A DNA stretch of 64,000 nucleotides, taken from the NCBI GenBank assembly GCA_964432885.1, contig CAYSPG010000012.1, positions 25,220 through 89,219 on the forward strand. Reading direction: 5' to 3'. The translations under genes and the position numbers were made by a program. Below the pieces are notes generated by a model. The model did not search any database. It saw nothing but the letters and a program-made list of their open reading frames with translations, and was not told the DNA's origin. The stretch comes from an uncultured Flavobacteriaceae bacterium (GTDB taxonomy: Bacteria; Bacteroidota; Bacteroidia; AKYH767-A; OLB10). This document shows, in pieces, positions 10,601 to 20,937 of the stretch. Within the stretch, counting starts at the first letter, position 1. Each line of letters starts with the position of its first letter.

Positions 10601-10665
10601 TATTTTTTCTCCTGCCTCTTTTCTCTTTGTAAAATTTTCAACAAAGAGGCAAGAGAAAAGAGGAT
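10601..10665 (-). terminator. Imperfect stem-loop downstream of the histidine kinase gene (possible terminator)
   Basis: CCTGCCTCTTTTCTCTTTG ... CAAAGAGGCAAGAGAAAAGAGG arms in the 73-bp gap between the HK stop and the gpmI start. Confidence 0.35.
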
Positions 10666-10669
10666 TTAA

Positions 10670-11647
10670 CTAAACATTATTATTTTCCTTAGAAACCGGA
10701 AATACAACTTCAAAGATACTTCCTTTTGGCTGATTTTCTTTTACCGAAATTACCGCGCGGTGCTTTAATGCAATAAAACGGGAGATGTACAATCCCAATC
10801 CTGTACCTTTTGTGGTACGTGTTTCTTCGTTGCCTACACGATAAAACTTTTCAAATATTTTTCTTTTGTCAGCATCAGCAATACCAATGCCATTATCACT
10901 TACCTTTAAAATTGCCTGCTCATTTTTTTCAGCCAGACTTATTTTAATAGTTGATTTTTCTGGCGTATATTTTTCGGCATTCTCAAGCAAATTCATTACA
11001 AGCGATCCTATTGCCAGCGCATCGCCTTTAATGTAAATGCCATCTTCAATATGTATTTCAAGTTTTCGGTTTCCTGTTATTGTATCTTTTTTCATCCATG
11101 CATACGAGCTAATGCAATCCGACAAATTAAATTCAACCATATTAAAATCGAGATTGGCAGCTTCAATGCGTGTTGCCATTAAAATATTTTCAACAAGTAT
11201 GTTTATTCGGTCGGTTTCAAAAAGAGCGCGGCTTAAAATATTTTTTTGCTGTTGCTTTTCCACATCGCGTTTTAAAATTGTTTCAAGGCTTAACCGGATA
11301 GCAGCAATAGGCGATTTAAATTCATGCGTTATGCTCATCATAAAATTGCGTTGCTGCCGTGCCACCTGATATTCCTTGGCAAACGAATTTCTAACATACG
11401 TTACCCCTATTACAAGCAGCGTTAAAAAAACAATTCCTTCACCGGCCACCATCCACCAGCGTTCATATAATTTTTCTTCCAGCAATTTTCCTTCGGCAAT
11501 ATATTGTTCGTTTTGCGGCAATGCTTTCAGGTAATCAATTTTGGTTTGGTACATGTCGGTATTCAGGTTTACCAGCAGGTATGCCCACCAACCTAACTGA
11601 AGCATGATGTAAATAACAAGGATGTAAAATACAATGAGTGGTTTCAT
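10670..11647 (-). CDS. Sensor histidine kinase (HisKA plus HATPase_c), two N-terminal TM helices, no adjacent response regulator
   Basis: H-box ITHEFKSPIAAI, and N/G boxes (NLLENAEKYT, GTGLGLYISR); start taken at MKPLIV. Confidence 0.85.
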   Translation of the reverse strand: MKPLIVFYILVIYIMLQLGWWAYLLVNLNTDMYQTKIDYLKALPQNEQYIAEGKLLEEKLYERWWMVAGEGIVFLTLLVIGVTYVRNSFAKEYQVARQQRNFMMSITHEFKSPIAAIRLSLETILKRDVEKQQQKNILSRALFETDRINILVENILMATRIEAANLDFNMVEFNLSDCISSYAWMKKDTITGNRKLEIHIEDGIYIKGDALAIGSLVMNLLENAEKYTPEKSTIKISLAEKNEQAILKVSDNGIGIADADKRKIFEKFYRVGNEETRTTKGTGLGLYISRFIALKHRAVISVKENQPKGSIFEVVFPVSKENNNV

Positions 11648-11718
11648 GGGCACGGATAACAAATTTCTACGAATTTACGAATCCTGGTTCTATAATCTTT
11701 GCCGTCAAACAAATTTTA

Positions 11719-13521
11719 TTACGTATTAAAATGCTCATACACCATTTTCGCTTTTGCTTTTCCAATGGTTTCAGCAATTTCATCCAGCGAAAGCTCTTTA
11801 ATGCGTTTAACACTTTTGTGTTCAATAATCAATTTTTCCATCGTGCTTTGCCCCACTCCTTTTATATTTAATAATTCGGACTGCACAAAATTTTTGCTGC
11901 GCTTATTTCTATGATGTGTAATGCCAAAGCGGTGCACTTCATCGCGCAACTGCTGAATTATTTTTAATGTCTCGCTTTTTTTATCAAGATAAAGCGGAAC
12001 AGAATCGTTGGGATAATAAATCTCTTCTAATTTTTTTGCAATCCCAATGGTTTGAATTTTATTATGCAGTCCCAATTTTTTTAAACTTGTTAATGCCGCA
12101 CTTAATTGCCCCTTGCCTCCATCAATAATTATAAGCTGAGGCAAACTTTGTTTTTCATCCAACATGCGTTTGTATCTGCGAAAAACAACTTCTTCCATAC
12201 TGGCAAAGTCATTTGGCCCCTCAACCGTTTTAATATTAAAATGGCGGTAATCTTTTTTGGCTGGTTTGCCGTTTTTAAAAACACTCATTGCAGCTACGGC
12301 ATTTGTGCCCTGAAAATTTGAATTGTCAAAACACTCTATGTGCCTTGGTTCCTCTTTCATGCGCAAATCTTTTTTCATCAACTCCATCAGCCTATCAACT
12401 TTATGTTCGGGATTTAGCTTATCATACTGCTCAAGCTTTTCTTTCATAAAATAAAAAGCGTTTTTTAAAGAAAGGTCGAGTAGCTTTTTTTTGTCGCCAA
12501 TTTTTGGAACGATAAACTCTACGTCATGTATTTCAACATCAGGCATCACGTTTACCAAAACTTCTTTGGCATCACTGTTAAAACGTGACCGCATTTCGGT
12601 AACTGCCAATCCCAACAATGTTTCATGCGACTCATCTAACTTTTTTTTCAATTCAATGGTTTGTGCTTGCAGGATACTGCCGTTTATTACCTTCATAAAA
12701 TTTACGAACGCTGAATTGGTTTGGCTTACCACTGTAACAATATCCACATTGTGTATGGCAGTATTTACAATTACCGATTTGCTTTTATACTGTTCAAGTA
12801 TTTCAATTTTCTCCTTTATCTCATGCGCCTTTTCAAATTCATAAGTATCTGCAAATTTTTGCATCAAATCAGCAAGGTGATTGATTACTGAATTAATGTT
12901 GCCTTTTAAAATCTGCTTTATGTCGTTAATTGATTCGTTATAATTTTCCATAGATTGCAATCCCTCGCACGGGCCTTTGCAATTGCCTACATGATATTCT
13001 AAACAGACACGGAATTTTTTCTTTTCAATGTTCTCGTTAGATAAATGCAAATTGCAGTTGCGCAGTTTAAAAAGTTGAAAAATCATTTCAAGCAAGGTAC
13101 TAATCATTTTTACCGAAGCATATGGCCCAAAATATGTTGAGCCATCCTTTATGTAACGCCTTGTGTAAAATACACGTGGATAAAATTCTTTCTTTATGCA
13201 AATCCATGGATAGGTTTTATCATCCTTTAATTGCACATTGTAGCGTGGCTGGTGTTTTTTTATCAGATTATTTTCAAGCAGCAATGCATCCAGTTCGGTT
13301 TCGGTAATTATGTATTTGATATCCACAATTTGCCTAACCATGATGGCGGTTTTTGTGTTTTCAAAAATGTCTTTTGAGAAATAACTATAAACACGCTTCT
13401 TTAAATTTTTGGCTTTACCAACATAAATTAATTTTTCATCGGCATTAAAAAACTGGTAAATACCCGAATCGTCAGGCAAGCCGCTTAATATGGAATCAAT
13501 ATGCTCGCTACGCTTTGCCAT
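11719..13521 (-). CDS. uvrC: Excinuclease ABC subunit C
   Basis: 600 aa; N-terminal GIY-YIG motif (GIYQFFNADEKLIYVGKAKNLKKRVYSYF) and a C-terminal HhH region. Confidence 0.93.
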   Translation of the reverse strand: MAKRSEHIDSILSGLPDDSGIYQFFNADEKLIYVGKAKNLKKRVYSYFSKDIFENTKTAIMVRQIVDIKYIITETELDALLLENNLIKKHQPRYNVQLKDDKTYPWICIKKEFYPRVFYTRRYIKDGSTYFGPYASVKMISTLLEMIFQLFKLRNCNLHLSNENIEKKKFRVCLEYHVGNCKGPCEGLQSMENYNESINDIKQILKGNINSVINHLADLMQKFADTYEFEKAHEIKEKIEILEQYKSKSVIVNTAIHNVDIVTVVSQTNSAFVNFMKVINGSILQAQTIELKKKLDESHETLLGLAVTEMRSRFNSDAKEVLVNVMPDVEIHDVEFIVPKIGDKKKLLDLSLKNAFYFMKEKLEQYDKLNPEHKVDRLMELMKKDLRMKEEPRHIECFDNSNFQGTNAVAAMSVFKNGKPAKKDYRHFNIKTVEGPNDFASMEEVVFRRYKRMLDEKQSLPQLIIIDGGKGQLSAALTSLKKLGLHNKIQTIGIAKKLEEIYYPNDSVPLYLDKKSETLKIIQQLRDEVHRFGITHHRNKRSKNFVQSELLNIKGVGQSTMEKLIIEHKSVKRIKELSLDEIAETIGKAKAKMVYEHFNT

Positions 13522-14678
13522 TAGTTTTTTATAGGAGCTATTTTAGTTTTGGCAAATGCTGATTTAACCAATTCAACCAAAATCCAAACCCATGCAATAA
13601 TGGATGGCAAAACTTTTAAGCGATACGGCTTAATAAATTCTTCGCGTACAAATCGCGGAAACAAATCGGTTGACGAAAGTGAAGTAAGAATAAAAGCAGC
13701 AATTAAAAACCACATTACATTTTTATTTTTATAGGACAAGGAAAAATAAATTGCCATACCGGAAATTGCAATAATAAAAGTTGGCGACTCGGCTTTGTGA
13801 TTAAATATTACACACCATATTAAAAACAAAGCAAGATATGCAAGTTTTGTTTCGTAAACGGAATAAATATTTTTGTTTAACAGCGGCAGAAACAGCGAAA
13901 GCAATCCTAAAAAAAGAAAAACAGTATTGCTTAATTGAACTCCTGACATGGTTTGCATAAAAGTTTGAAATGAATAATTCAACTCATGCGATGCATCCGT
14001 CTTTAACAAATCATACCAACTTACATACTGAAAAAACAAACTGTCAATAGAAGTGAATAAAAGTGGCAGCAATAACAAAATCAAACACGAAACAAAAAAA
14101 TATAATAATGGTTTCCAGAATTTTTTTGTGTAAAACAAAAATGAAATGCAAAACAACACCGGAAATACTTTTATAAACGTTGCAATTGCTAATATAGATG
14201 CTGCTTTAAAATAATTTTGATTTTCAAGCAAAACAAATGTCCAGATTATTAAACCGGCAACCATAGGATTGCTTTGCGAATTTTGAATAGATGTGATTAA
14301 CTCAATTAAAATAAAAAGAAAAACAAAAACTCTTCTTTCGTCAGTAATATTTAAATTTTTTATTCCTGAAAATAAAAGCAATGCATTAAGCAAATTCCAC
14401 AATGGGTAGCCGATGCCATTGGGTAAAAAAGAAAATGGCGCCATTAAAACAGCAAATGTGGGGCTGTACTTAAACAAATCGAAATGTTGTGCCGGATGAA
14501 GGTCGTATAAAATTATTCCATCTACTAAGTTTTTGAAAGAGGTTGTAAAAATTAAATAGTTATTAAAATGTTCGGGGCCTAACAAATAACGATGTACCGA
14601 AGCAATTAATGTTATAGCAACATAAACCCAAAATAAAAAATTAAGGTTTGAGAGTTTAGCAAAAATCTTTTGCATCAT
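13521..14678 (-). CDS. Polytopic membrane protein, glycosyltransferase family 87 / DUF2029-like
   Basis: 385 aa with roughly 10 predicted TM helices. Its stop overlaps the uvrC start by 1 nt and its start overlaps the GT2 gene by 4 nt. The family call rests on architecture only. Confidence 0.4.
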   Translation of the reverse strand: MMQKIFAKLSNLNFLFWVYVAITLIASVHRYLLGPEHFNNYLIFTTSFKNLVDGIILYDLHPAQHFDLFKYSPTFAVLMAPFSFLPNGIGYPLWNLLNALLLFSGIKNLNITDERRVFVFLFILIELITSIQNSQSNPMVAGLIIWTFVLLENQNYFKAASILAIATFIKVFPVLFCISFLFYTKKFWKPLLYFFVSCLILLLLPLLFTSIDSLFFQYVSWYDLLKTDASHELNYSFQTFMQTMSGVQLSNTVFLFLGLLSLFLPLLNKNIYSVYETKLAYLALFLIWCVIFNHKAESPTFIIAISGMAIYFSLSYKNKNVMWFLIAAFILTSLSSTDLFPRFVREEFIKPYRLKVLPSIIAWVWILVELVKSAFAKTKIAPIKN

Positions 14679-15436
14679 TTTTTATGCTGACGGTGTAGCT
14701 TTTGCAGTTTTAAATATTTTAAATACGTTTCGTATGCGGCAATGCGGCAAATGGTAAAGCCCGATATACCGTCTAAAAATCCGAGCAGGATAAAATAATT
14801 GCGGATAAACTTTGCCACCGTCTTTACAAAAATATGCAGTGCACTGGTGTTTCTATTTTTTTTAAAAAGTTCGTTGGCTGCAATGGTCGAAAATTTATCG
14901 GCTTGCCGGTAATGCTCCTCAACAGTGTAATAGGTGTAATGCAAAATATCGCCCAATAAAAATTTTACGGTTGAGTTTTCATACATCATTATTTTATCGT
15001 GCGGATTTTGGCCGCCAAATTTTCCTTTGCTTTTGTTTATCAATCGTATTTTTTTATCGGGATACCAGCCACTATAATAAATCCACTTACCGCAGTAATT
15101 GCTAAGGCGGTTCATTTCATAGGCATCAAAATCAAAATGTTGTTTTACTGCAAGAATAGATTTTTTTAGTTCATCCGAAAGAGCTTCATCTGCATCTAAG
15201 GATAATATGTATGTGTTTTGACAAAGACTAATAGCTAAATTTTTTTGTTCGATATGGCCAAGAAATTTTTGTTTGTTAAATTTTACACCATACTCATTGC
15301 ATATCTTTTCGGTTGCATCGGTTGAAAGCGAATCAACCACAACAATTTCATCGGCAATATCTTTTACACTTTCAAGACATCGCCTGATGTTTTTTTCTTC
15401 GTTAAAAGTAATTATGCAAACGGATAGTTTTTCCAT
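14675..15436 (-). CDS. Family 2 glycosyltransferase
   Basis: N-terminal GT-A motif CIITFNEEKNI...VVVDSLSTD..LSLDADE (DxD). Confidence 0.8.
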   Translation of the reverse strand: MEKLSVCIITFNEEKNIRRCLESVKDIADEIVVVDSLSTDATEKICNEYGVKFNKQKFLGHIEQKNLAISLCQNTYILSLDADEALSDELKKSILAVKQHFDFDAYEMNRLSNYCGKWIYYSGWYPDKKIRLINKSKGKFGGQNPHDKIMMYENSTVKFLLGDILHYTYYTVEEHYRQADKFSTIAANELFKKNRNTSALHIFVKTVAKFIRNYFILLGFLDGISGFTICRIAAYETYLKYLKLQKLHRQHKK

Positions 15437-15506
15437 AAGTTATGGTGAGCAAAGTTATTGGTTGGCCCCCTAACCCCCAAAGATGGAATTAGTAATTTAG
15501 CACACG

Positions 15507-16385
15507 ATGAAAAACTTTGATTTGTCTGATACGCGAAATCTTGCCAAAGCCATTACCCTTGTTGAAAATGAGGAAAAGGGGTATGATACTTTTTTACAAT
15601 CGCTAAAAATAAATTATTCGGTTCCGGTAATTGGATTTACCGGCCCGCCTGGTGCCGGCAAAAGCACCTTGATAAATGCATTGCTTCAGCAACTTTCGGT
15701 TACAAAAAAAATTGCAGTGTTGGCGGTTGACCCCACTTCGCCCTTTTCGCACGGCAGTTTGCTTGGTGACAGGGTGCGCATGAACGAGCATTTTAAAAAT
15801 GCCAACGTATACATTCGCTCGCTTGCCACACGCGGTTCGCTGGGTGGCCTTTCGGCAAAAACAATTGAAATTACTGATGTATTGCGCTCGGCAAATTTTG
15901 ATTACATCTTTGTTGAAACTGTTGGTGTGGGGCAAAGCGAAGTTGAAGTTGCTTATTTAGCCGATACCACAGTACTGATTTTAAATCCAAATGCTGGTGA
16001 TGAGATTCAAACATTAAAATCGGGTATTTTGGAAATTGCCGATGTGTTTGTAATTAACAAAGCAGATAATACCAATGCCGATGTTTTAAAAAAGCAATTA
16101 ACCGGCATGTTGCATTTGCGAGCCAATAAAGAGTGGAATCCACCGGTGGTAAAAACCATTGCAGTAAGTGGCAAGGGTGTGCCTGAGCTTATATTGCAAA
16201 TTGAAAAACACATCAAACATCATAGCCAAGAAAAACGAATTGATTTGTTTGTTGAAAAAGCGTATCGAATTGTTGAGCAAAACAGGATGAGGAATTTTAA
16301 TAAAAAAGTATTTAAAATATCATTATCAAAAAAAATAAATCAACCTGATTTTAATTTGCACAGATTTATTGCCGAAAACTATTAG
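15507..16385 (+). CDS. meaB: Methylmalonyl-CoA mutase-associated GTPase MeaB/ArgK family
   Basis: P-loop GFTGPPGAGKST and the MeaB signature AVLAVDPTSPFSHGSLLGDRVRM. Confidence 0.85.
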   Translation: MKNFDLSDTRNLAKAITLVENEEKGYDTFLQSLKINYSVPVIGFTGPPGAGKSTLINALLQQLSVTKKIAVLAVDPTSPFSHGSLLGDRVRMNEHFKNANVYIRSLATRGSLGGLSAKTIEITDVLRSANFDYIFVETVGVGQSEVEVAYLADTTVLILNPNAGDEIQTLKSGILEIADVFVINKADNTNADVLKKQLTGMLHLRANKEWNPPVVKTIAVSGKGVPELILQIEKHIKHHSQEKRIDLFVEKAYRIVEQNRMRNFNKKVFKISLSKKINQPDFNLHRFIAENY

Positions 16386-16394
16386 TACAAACAC

Positions 16395-16895
16395 CTAACT
16401 ATATTTCTTTTTTAAATTGCACCGATTCATGGCTTTTTCCGCCTGCAAAATAATGTCGTCAGAAAGGGTTATCGAAATTGACTTTTTGTAAAACGCAATG
16501 GCATCTTCAAACTTGCCCTGCAGTTCGTACATCATTCCAAACAAAAAATTGGCTTTATCTTTTTTTACACCCGCAATTTCAAGCGATTTATTAAGAACAG
16601 CCAGTGCCTCGGTAAACCGCTCCTGCTGCAAAAGCATTTCGGCATAGGCCACGTACGAAGGCGCAAAATCAGGAGCAAGGCTTATGGCTTTTTTATAGTG
16701 CTTTTCGCCCGAAAGCAAATCATTAAAGTTTAGTGTAAAAATATTGCCCATAACAAAATACGCTTTGCCAAACTCAGGATAAATGCCTGTAAGCTCCAAT
16801 AAAATATCAAGCGCCTCGGAAACAAGACCCTGTGCCAGCTTTTCGTTGGCATTAAAAAGAATTTTTTCAGCTTCTGCTGTTGCAGATGAACTCAT
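16395..16895 (-). CDS. TPR-repeat protein
   Basis: 166 aa with 3-4 TPR-like helical repeats. Confidence 0.65.
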   Translation of the reverse strand: MSSSATAEAEKILFNANEKLAQGLVSEALDILLELTGIYPEFGKAYFVMGNIFTLNFNDLLSGEKHYKKAISLAPDFAPSYVAYAEMLLQQERFTEALAVLNKSLEIAGVKKDKANFLFGMMYELQGKFEDAIAFYKKSISITLSDDIILQAEKAMNRCNLKKKYS

Positions 16896-17070
16896 AAATG
16901 CGGGGCATTAATTGTGGTTATACGAAAGCAATGCCTATTGGTTACACTTTTTAGCTAAGCTACATATTAACCACTTAAAAATGGTAAGAAACCAATAAAG
17001 TACCATAATTTCAATCTTAATCTGTGTACTTTATTTTTAATTTTAATCTGCCAATCTGTGGCAAAAAAGG

Positions 17071-18369
17071 CTACAATACCTCAAAAACCTTTTCCATTTT
17101 GCTACCACGCGAACCCTTTATAAGAATAGTTGAATTTTGGATATTTAGGGTTTTTATATAATCAGCCGCTATTGAACTATCGGCAAAATGCATTGCCATG
17201 TTATTGGTATCGACCATAGCAAACCGTTTGCCTACAAGAAAAACGTTTTTAAAATTCAAATTTAAAATTTGGCTGAGGACATTTTTGTGTTCGTCAATTT
17301 CATGCTGGCCCAGTTCAAGCATTTCGCCAAGTATCAAAATTTTATTACCGCTATAGTTTTCATCCAGGTTTTTTATGGCAACACTCATGCTTGTTGGGTT
17401 TGCATTATATGCATCAATAATTATGGTATTTGATTTTTTTACAACCACCTGTGAGCGCTGGTTAGTGGGCACATAGTTTTTTATTGAAATGTTTATTAAA
17501 TCATCAGCAATGCCAAAGTATTTACCAATTGCAATGGCACCTAATACGTTTTCAAAATTATAGCCTCCGGTTAATTGGGTGGCTGCATGGTTTTTTGATT
17601 CCCTATTTTGGTTAAAAAACCAGTTGATTGAGAGAAAAGGGTTTACCTCTAAAACTTCTCCAGTAACTAAATTATTACCACTATCACCATAAAAAACAAC
17701 GTTAGAATAATCCTTGCAAAAAGGAGCAAGAAATTTATTGGCACTATTACAAAAAATTGTTCCTTTTTTATTTTTAAGAAAATGATACAACTCTGTTTTG
17801 CCTTTTATCACACCTTCAAAACCACCAAAGCCTTCGAGGTGTGCTTTGCCAACATTGGTAATTAATCCATGTGTGGGGTTTGCAATTTTGCATAACATAT
17901 CTATTTCGCCCTGGTGATTGGCTCCCATTTCTATCACTGCTATATTGTGATGCCTGCTTAATTTAAGTAATGTAAGCGGCACCCCAATGTGGTTATTTAA
18001 ATTACCTTCGGTAAAAAGCACATTGTATTTTGTTTTTAATACGGCTGCTGTAAGTTCTTTGGTGGTGGTTTTACCATTGCTGCCTGTTAATGCAATTACA
18101 GGTATATGCATGGTGTTGCGGTGGTGTGTAGCCAACTTCTGAAGTGTGGTTAACACATCATTTACTTTTATCAATCGCGCATCGTTACCACCTAAATCTT
18201 CATCCACCACTGCAAAAGCGGCTCCCATCTGAAGCGCTTGCAGTGCAAATGTGTTTGCATTAAAACTGGGCCCTTTTAATGCAAAAAAAATTGAACCTTT
18301 ATTTATTTTTCGAGAATCGGTGCAAACACCTGATGAGTTTAAAAATGCCTGGTAAATTCTTTCAATCAT
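17071..18369 (-). CDS. murF: UDP-N-acetylmuramoyl-tripeptide--D-alanyl-D-alanine ligase
   Basis: 432 aa; Mur ligase ATP-binding motif GSNGKTTTKE and N-terminal MurF domain. Confidence 0.9.
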   Translation of the reverse strand: MIERIYQAFLNSSGVCTDSRKINKGSIFFALKGPSFNANTFALQALQMGAAFAVVDEDLGGNDARLIKVNDVLTTLQKLATHHRNTMHIPVIALTGSNGKTTTKELTAAVLKTKYNVLFTEGNLNNHIGVPLTLLKLSRHHNIAVIEMGANHQGEIDMLCKIANPTHGLITNVGKAHLEGFGGFEGVIKGKTELYHFLKNKKGTIFCNSANKFLAPFCKDYSNVVFYGDSGNNLVTGEVLEVNPFLSINWFFNQNRESKNHAATQLTGGYNFENVLGAIAIGKYFGIADDLINISIKNYVPTNQRSQVVVKKSNTIIIDAYNANPTSMSVAIKNLDENYSGNKILILGEMLELGQHEIDEHKNVLSQILNLNFKNVFLVGKRFAMVDTNNMAMHFADSSIAADYIKTLNIQNSTILIKGSRGSKMEKVFEVL

Positions 18370-18431
18370 TGGTCAAAAATAAAAAACCCTTCCGCTTTTG
18401 ACAGAAGGGTTTGTATTAATACTAAATTTTA

Positions 18432-19880
18432 TTACCCTCTTCTTTTTTTCTTTCCAGAGAACCCGATGGGAGCTCCAACACGAATCATTGAGCAGCGAAA
18501 TCCAATCCAGTCGGTTGACTGTGATTGGTCTAAAAATCTGCGCGCACCGGGCGACATCCAATACGCTCTGTCTTTCCACGAACCGCCTTTTACCACGTGT
18601 GCATTGTCATCAATCAAGGTAGTTCCGCTAAACTTATATTCTATATTATCAGGCTCATCACCGTCTTCGTTATTAATATAATCGGCTTTGGTGTAATTAC
18701 GTCTGCCCTCGTTTTCTTTTTCATCCACTTCGCGCCATACCAACCGGCCTAAACTGTCTTTTTCATTGTATTGACCTTCTTCGTCAAGCAATTGAGTTAC
18801 AAAAACGTTTCCGCGATAAGGATTAAAATCATCCATATCCTCCATAGAAAGCGGACGGTAAACATCTTTTACCCACTCAGACACATTACCAGCCATGTTA
18901 AACAAACCATAATCATTAGGTACATAAGAAATTACTTCGTTAGGAATATCGGCCTGGTCATTTAACGCACCGGCTGTACCCATGTTATCACCGCGTCCGC
19001 GTTTAAAGTTTGCAAGCATTTCTCCTTTGTATTTTTCTTCAGAGTTACGCACAACGTGTCCATTCCATGGATAAATTTTTCTGTCAGTTACTCGCTCATA
19101 TACGGTGTTTCCAACCTGGGCAAGTGCAGCATACTCCCACTGTGCCTCGGTAGGCAATTCATACCGGGGAAGTAAAATGCCATCTTCCATTTTAACATTA
19201 CGCACATCGCGGTTTGGATTTAAATCGCGCAGCTTGCTTTTAACCAAACCTTCGTACTGGCCTGCAAGGTATGCATCGGTATTAAAGTTATCCTCGTTTA
19301 CCTGTGCGGGATTAACACGTAAAATACCTTCGCGTATTAATATCTGCTCGTTTACGCGGTCGGTACGCCATGCTGCAAAATCGTTTGCCTGAAGCCAGTT
19401 AACACCCACAACAGGATAGTACTGGTAAGCAGGATGACGCAGATACAACTCAACCATTGGCTCATTGTAACCAAGTTTACTTCTCCAAACAAGCGTATCA
19501 GGAAGTGCTTTTTTATAAACCTCAGGATAGTCTGTTCCAAAAACACGGTCAAGCCAATATAAATATTCAAGATAATGAACGTTGGCTATTTCAGTTTCGT
19601 CCATATAAAATGACGATACAGTAACCCTGCGGGGAATGTTATCCCAGTTATAGTTTATTTCCTGCTCATTGCGGCCCATGGAAAAGGTTCCCCCCTCAAC
19701 AAGAATTAAACCGGGACCGGTTTCTTGCTCGGTGTAAGGAGTTACTTCAAAGCCTCCGTTTTTTTCTTCGTTGTATTTCCATCCTGTAACCGATGAAGAT
19801 TCTTTTTTGTTACATGATGCCAGCACAAGCATTCCGGTGGTAAAGAGTGCTGTGTACTTAGTGATTGTTCTGATGTTCAT
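18432..19880 (-). CDS. gldJ: Gliding motility lipoprotein GldJ (FGE-sulfatase/SUMF1-like fold)
   Basis: Lipoprotein signal ...LVLASC, and the characteristic GldJ N-terminus (LILVEGGTFSMGR...). Synteny gldJ-murF matches the Flavobacterium johnsoniae arrangement. Confidence 0.85.
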   Translation of the reverse strand: MNIRTITKYTALFTTGMLVLASCNKKESSSVTGWKYNEEKNGGFEVTPYTEQETGPGLILVEGGTFSMGRNEQEINYNWDNIPRRVTVSSFYMDETEIANVHYLEYLYWLDRVFGTDYPEVYKKALPDTLVWRSKLGYNEPMVELYLRHPAYQYYPVVGVNWLQANDFAAWRTDRVNEQILIREGILRVNPAQVNEDNFNTDAYLAGQYEGLVKSKLRDLNPNRDVRNVKMEDGILLPRYELPTEAQWEYAALAQVGNTVYERVTDRKIYPWNGHVVRNSEEKYKGEMLANFKRGRGDNMGTAGALNDQADIPNEVISYVPNDYGLFNMAGNVSEWVKDVYRPLSMEDMDDFNPYRGNVFVTQLLDEEGQYNEKDSLGRLVWREVDEKENEGRRNYTKADYINNEDGDEPDNIEYKFSGTTLIDDNAHVVKGGSWKDRAYWMSPGARRFLDQSQSTDWIGFRCSMIRVGAPIGFSGKKKRRG

Positions 19881-19935
19881 GTTCAGAGTTTTATACAGAT
19901 TTTATAGTTGTATCAATTTTTAATTTAACCTATAA

Positions 19936-20937
19936 CTAAAATGTTGGGCAACTTATTGCTTTAAACCTCTTTTTTTTCGGACGGCATTCAAACTGCATTC
20001 CAAATGATATTTCGTGCGAACCTGCCGTTACGTTATTGCTCAATCGTGAAATGGTAACATCGTAAGAGTAGCCAAATTTAAATAATTCTTTTTGAATACC
20101 GATAAGAGCAATAAACGAGTCACCTGTGATAATTGACTTGCCGTTGAAATAACCGCGATACCACAAACCACCAACCAACGGTGTTTTTATTACATAAATT
20201 CCAAAGTTAAGCTGGTTAAACGCTTGCTGCTGCTGGTACAAGATGTTAGGCGAAATAAAAGTTCCTTCTAATCTTCCTTTATATGTTGATGAGCCTTTTG
20301 TTGGAATAAGTGCACCAACATGGGCTGTATATTTTCTTGGAAGCGGGCTTGATCCTTGCACAATAAAAGCCTGGTCGGGCTCTGTTAAGTGATGCACCGC
20401 AAAACCACCATAAATTTTTGAACTGTATGCAAGTATGCCTGCTGAAAAATCGGCAAACGAATGTTTTTCGTTGGGTCTTATTTCCTGGGTTGGATAAATG
20501 TATCCAAAGCGAGGGTCAATTTCATCTCCAAAGGTTAGTTTCTCCCAGTCAACTTTTTCTTGTACATAATTTGCCTGCAAGCCAGCACGAATGGTAAAGT
20601 TACGGCTAAGGTTTAGTGCATAAGCATACATGGCGCCAATGTCGGTTTTGGTAAGTGTTCCTTCACCGGCTTTATCGTTCATTAAAATTAATCCTAATCC
20701 GCCTGATATAGATTCAACATGCTGGTCGTAAGATGCGCTGTAGGTTATAAATGTTTTGTTAAGTGCAGGCCATTGGTTACGATAATTCATGGCAATGCGT
20801 GGGCAACGAACTGAGCCCGCAAAAGCAGGATTCAGATAAAGCGGGTTGGCATAGAACTGCGAAAATGCAGGGTCTTGTGCAAATGCAAAAACCGATTCTA
20901 TACAAATAGCTGCTGTTAAAAGTAATCTTTTTACCAT
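19936..20937 (-). CDS. Type IX secretion system membrane protein PorP/SprF family
   Basis: N-terminal signature AQDPAFSQFYANPLYLNPAFAG; about 333 aa, beta-barrel-like. Internal start chosen; the ORF-track extension to 21078 is non-conserved. Confidence 0.8.
   Translation of the reverse strand: MVKRLLLTAAICIESVFAFAQDPAFSQFYANPLYLNPAFAGSVRCPRIAMNYRNQWPALNKTFITYSASYDQHVESISGGLGLILMNDKAGEGTLTKTDIGAMYAYALNLSRNFTIRAGLQANYVQEKVDWEKLTFGDEIDPRFGYIYPTQEIRPNEKHSFADFSAGILAYSSKIYGGFAVHHLTEPDQAFIVQGSSPLPRKYTAHVGALIPTKGSSTYKGRLEGTFISPNILYQQQQAFNQLNFGIYVIKTPLVGGLWYRGYFNGKSIITGDSFIALIGIQKELFKFGYSYDVTISRLSNNVTAGSHEISFGMQFECRPKKKRFKAISCPTF

Noticed and set aside
15450-15480. C5-TAA-C5 (GGGGGTTAGGGGG on the opposite strand) in the divergent GT2/meaB promoter region; G-quadruplex or telomere-like motif
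   Set aside because: There are only two G-runs, so an intramolecular G4 is not possible. It is a single occurrence and most likely chance, though unusual in a ~40% GC genome.
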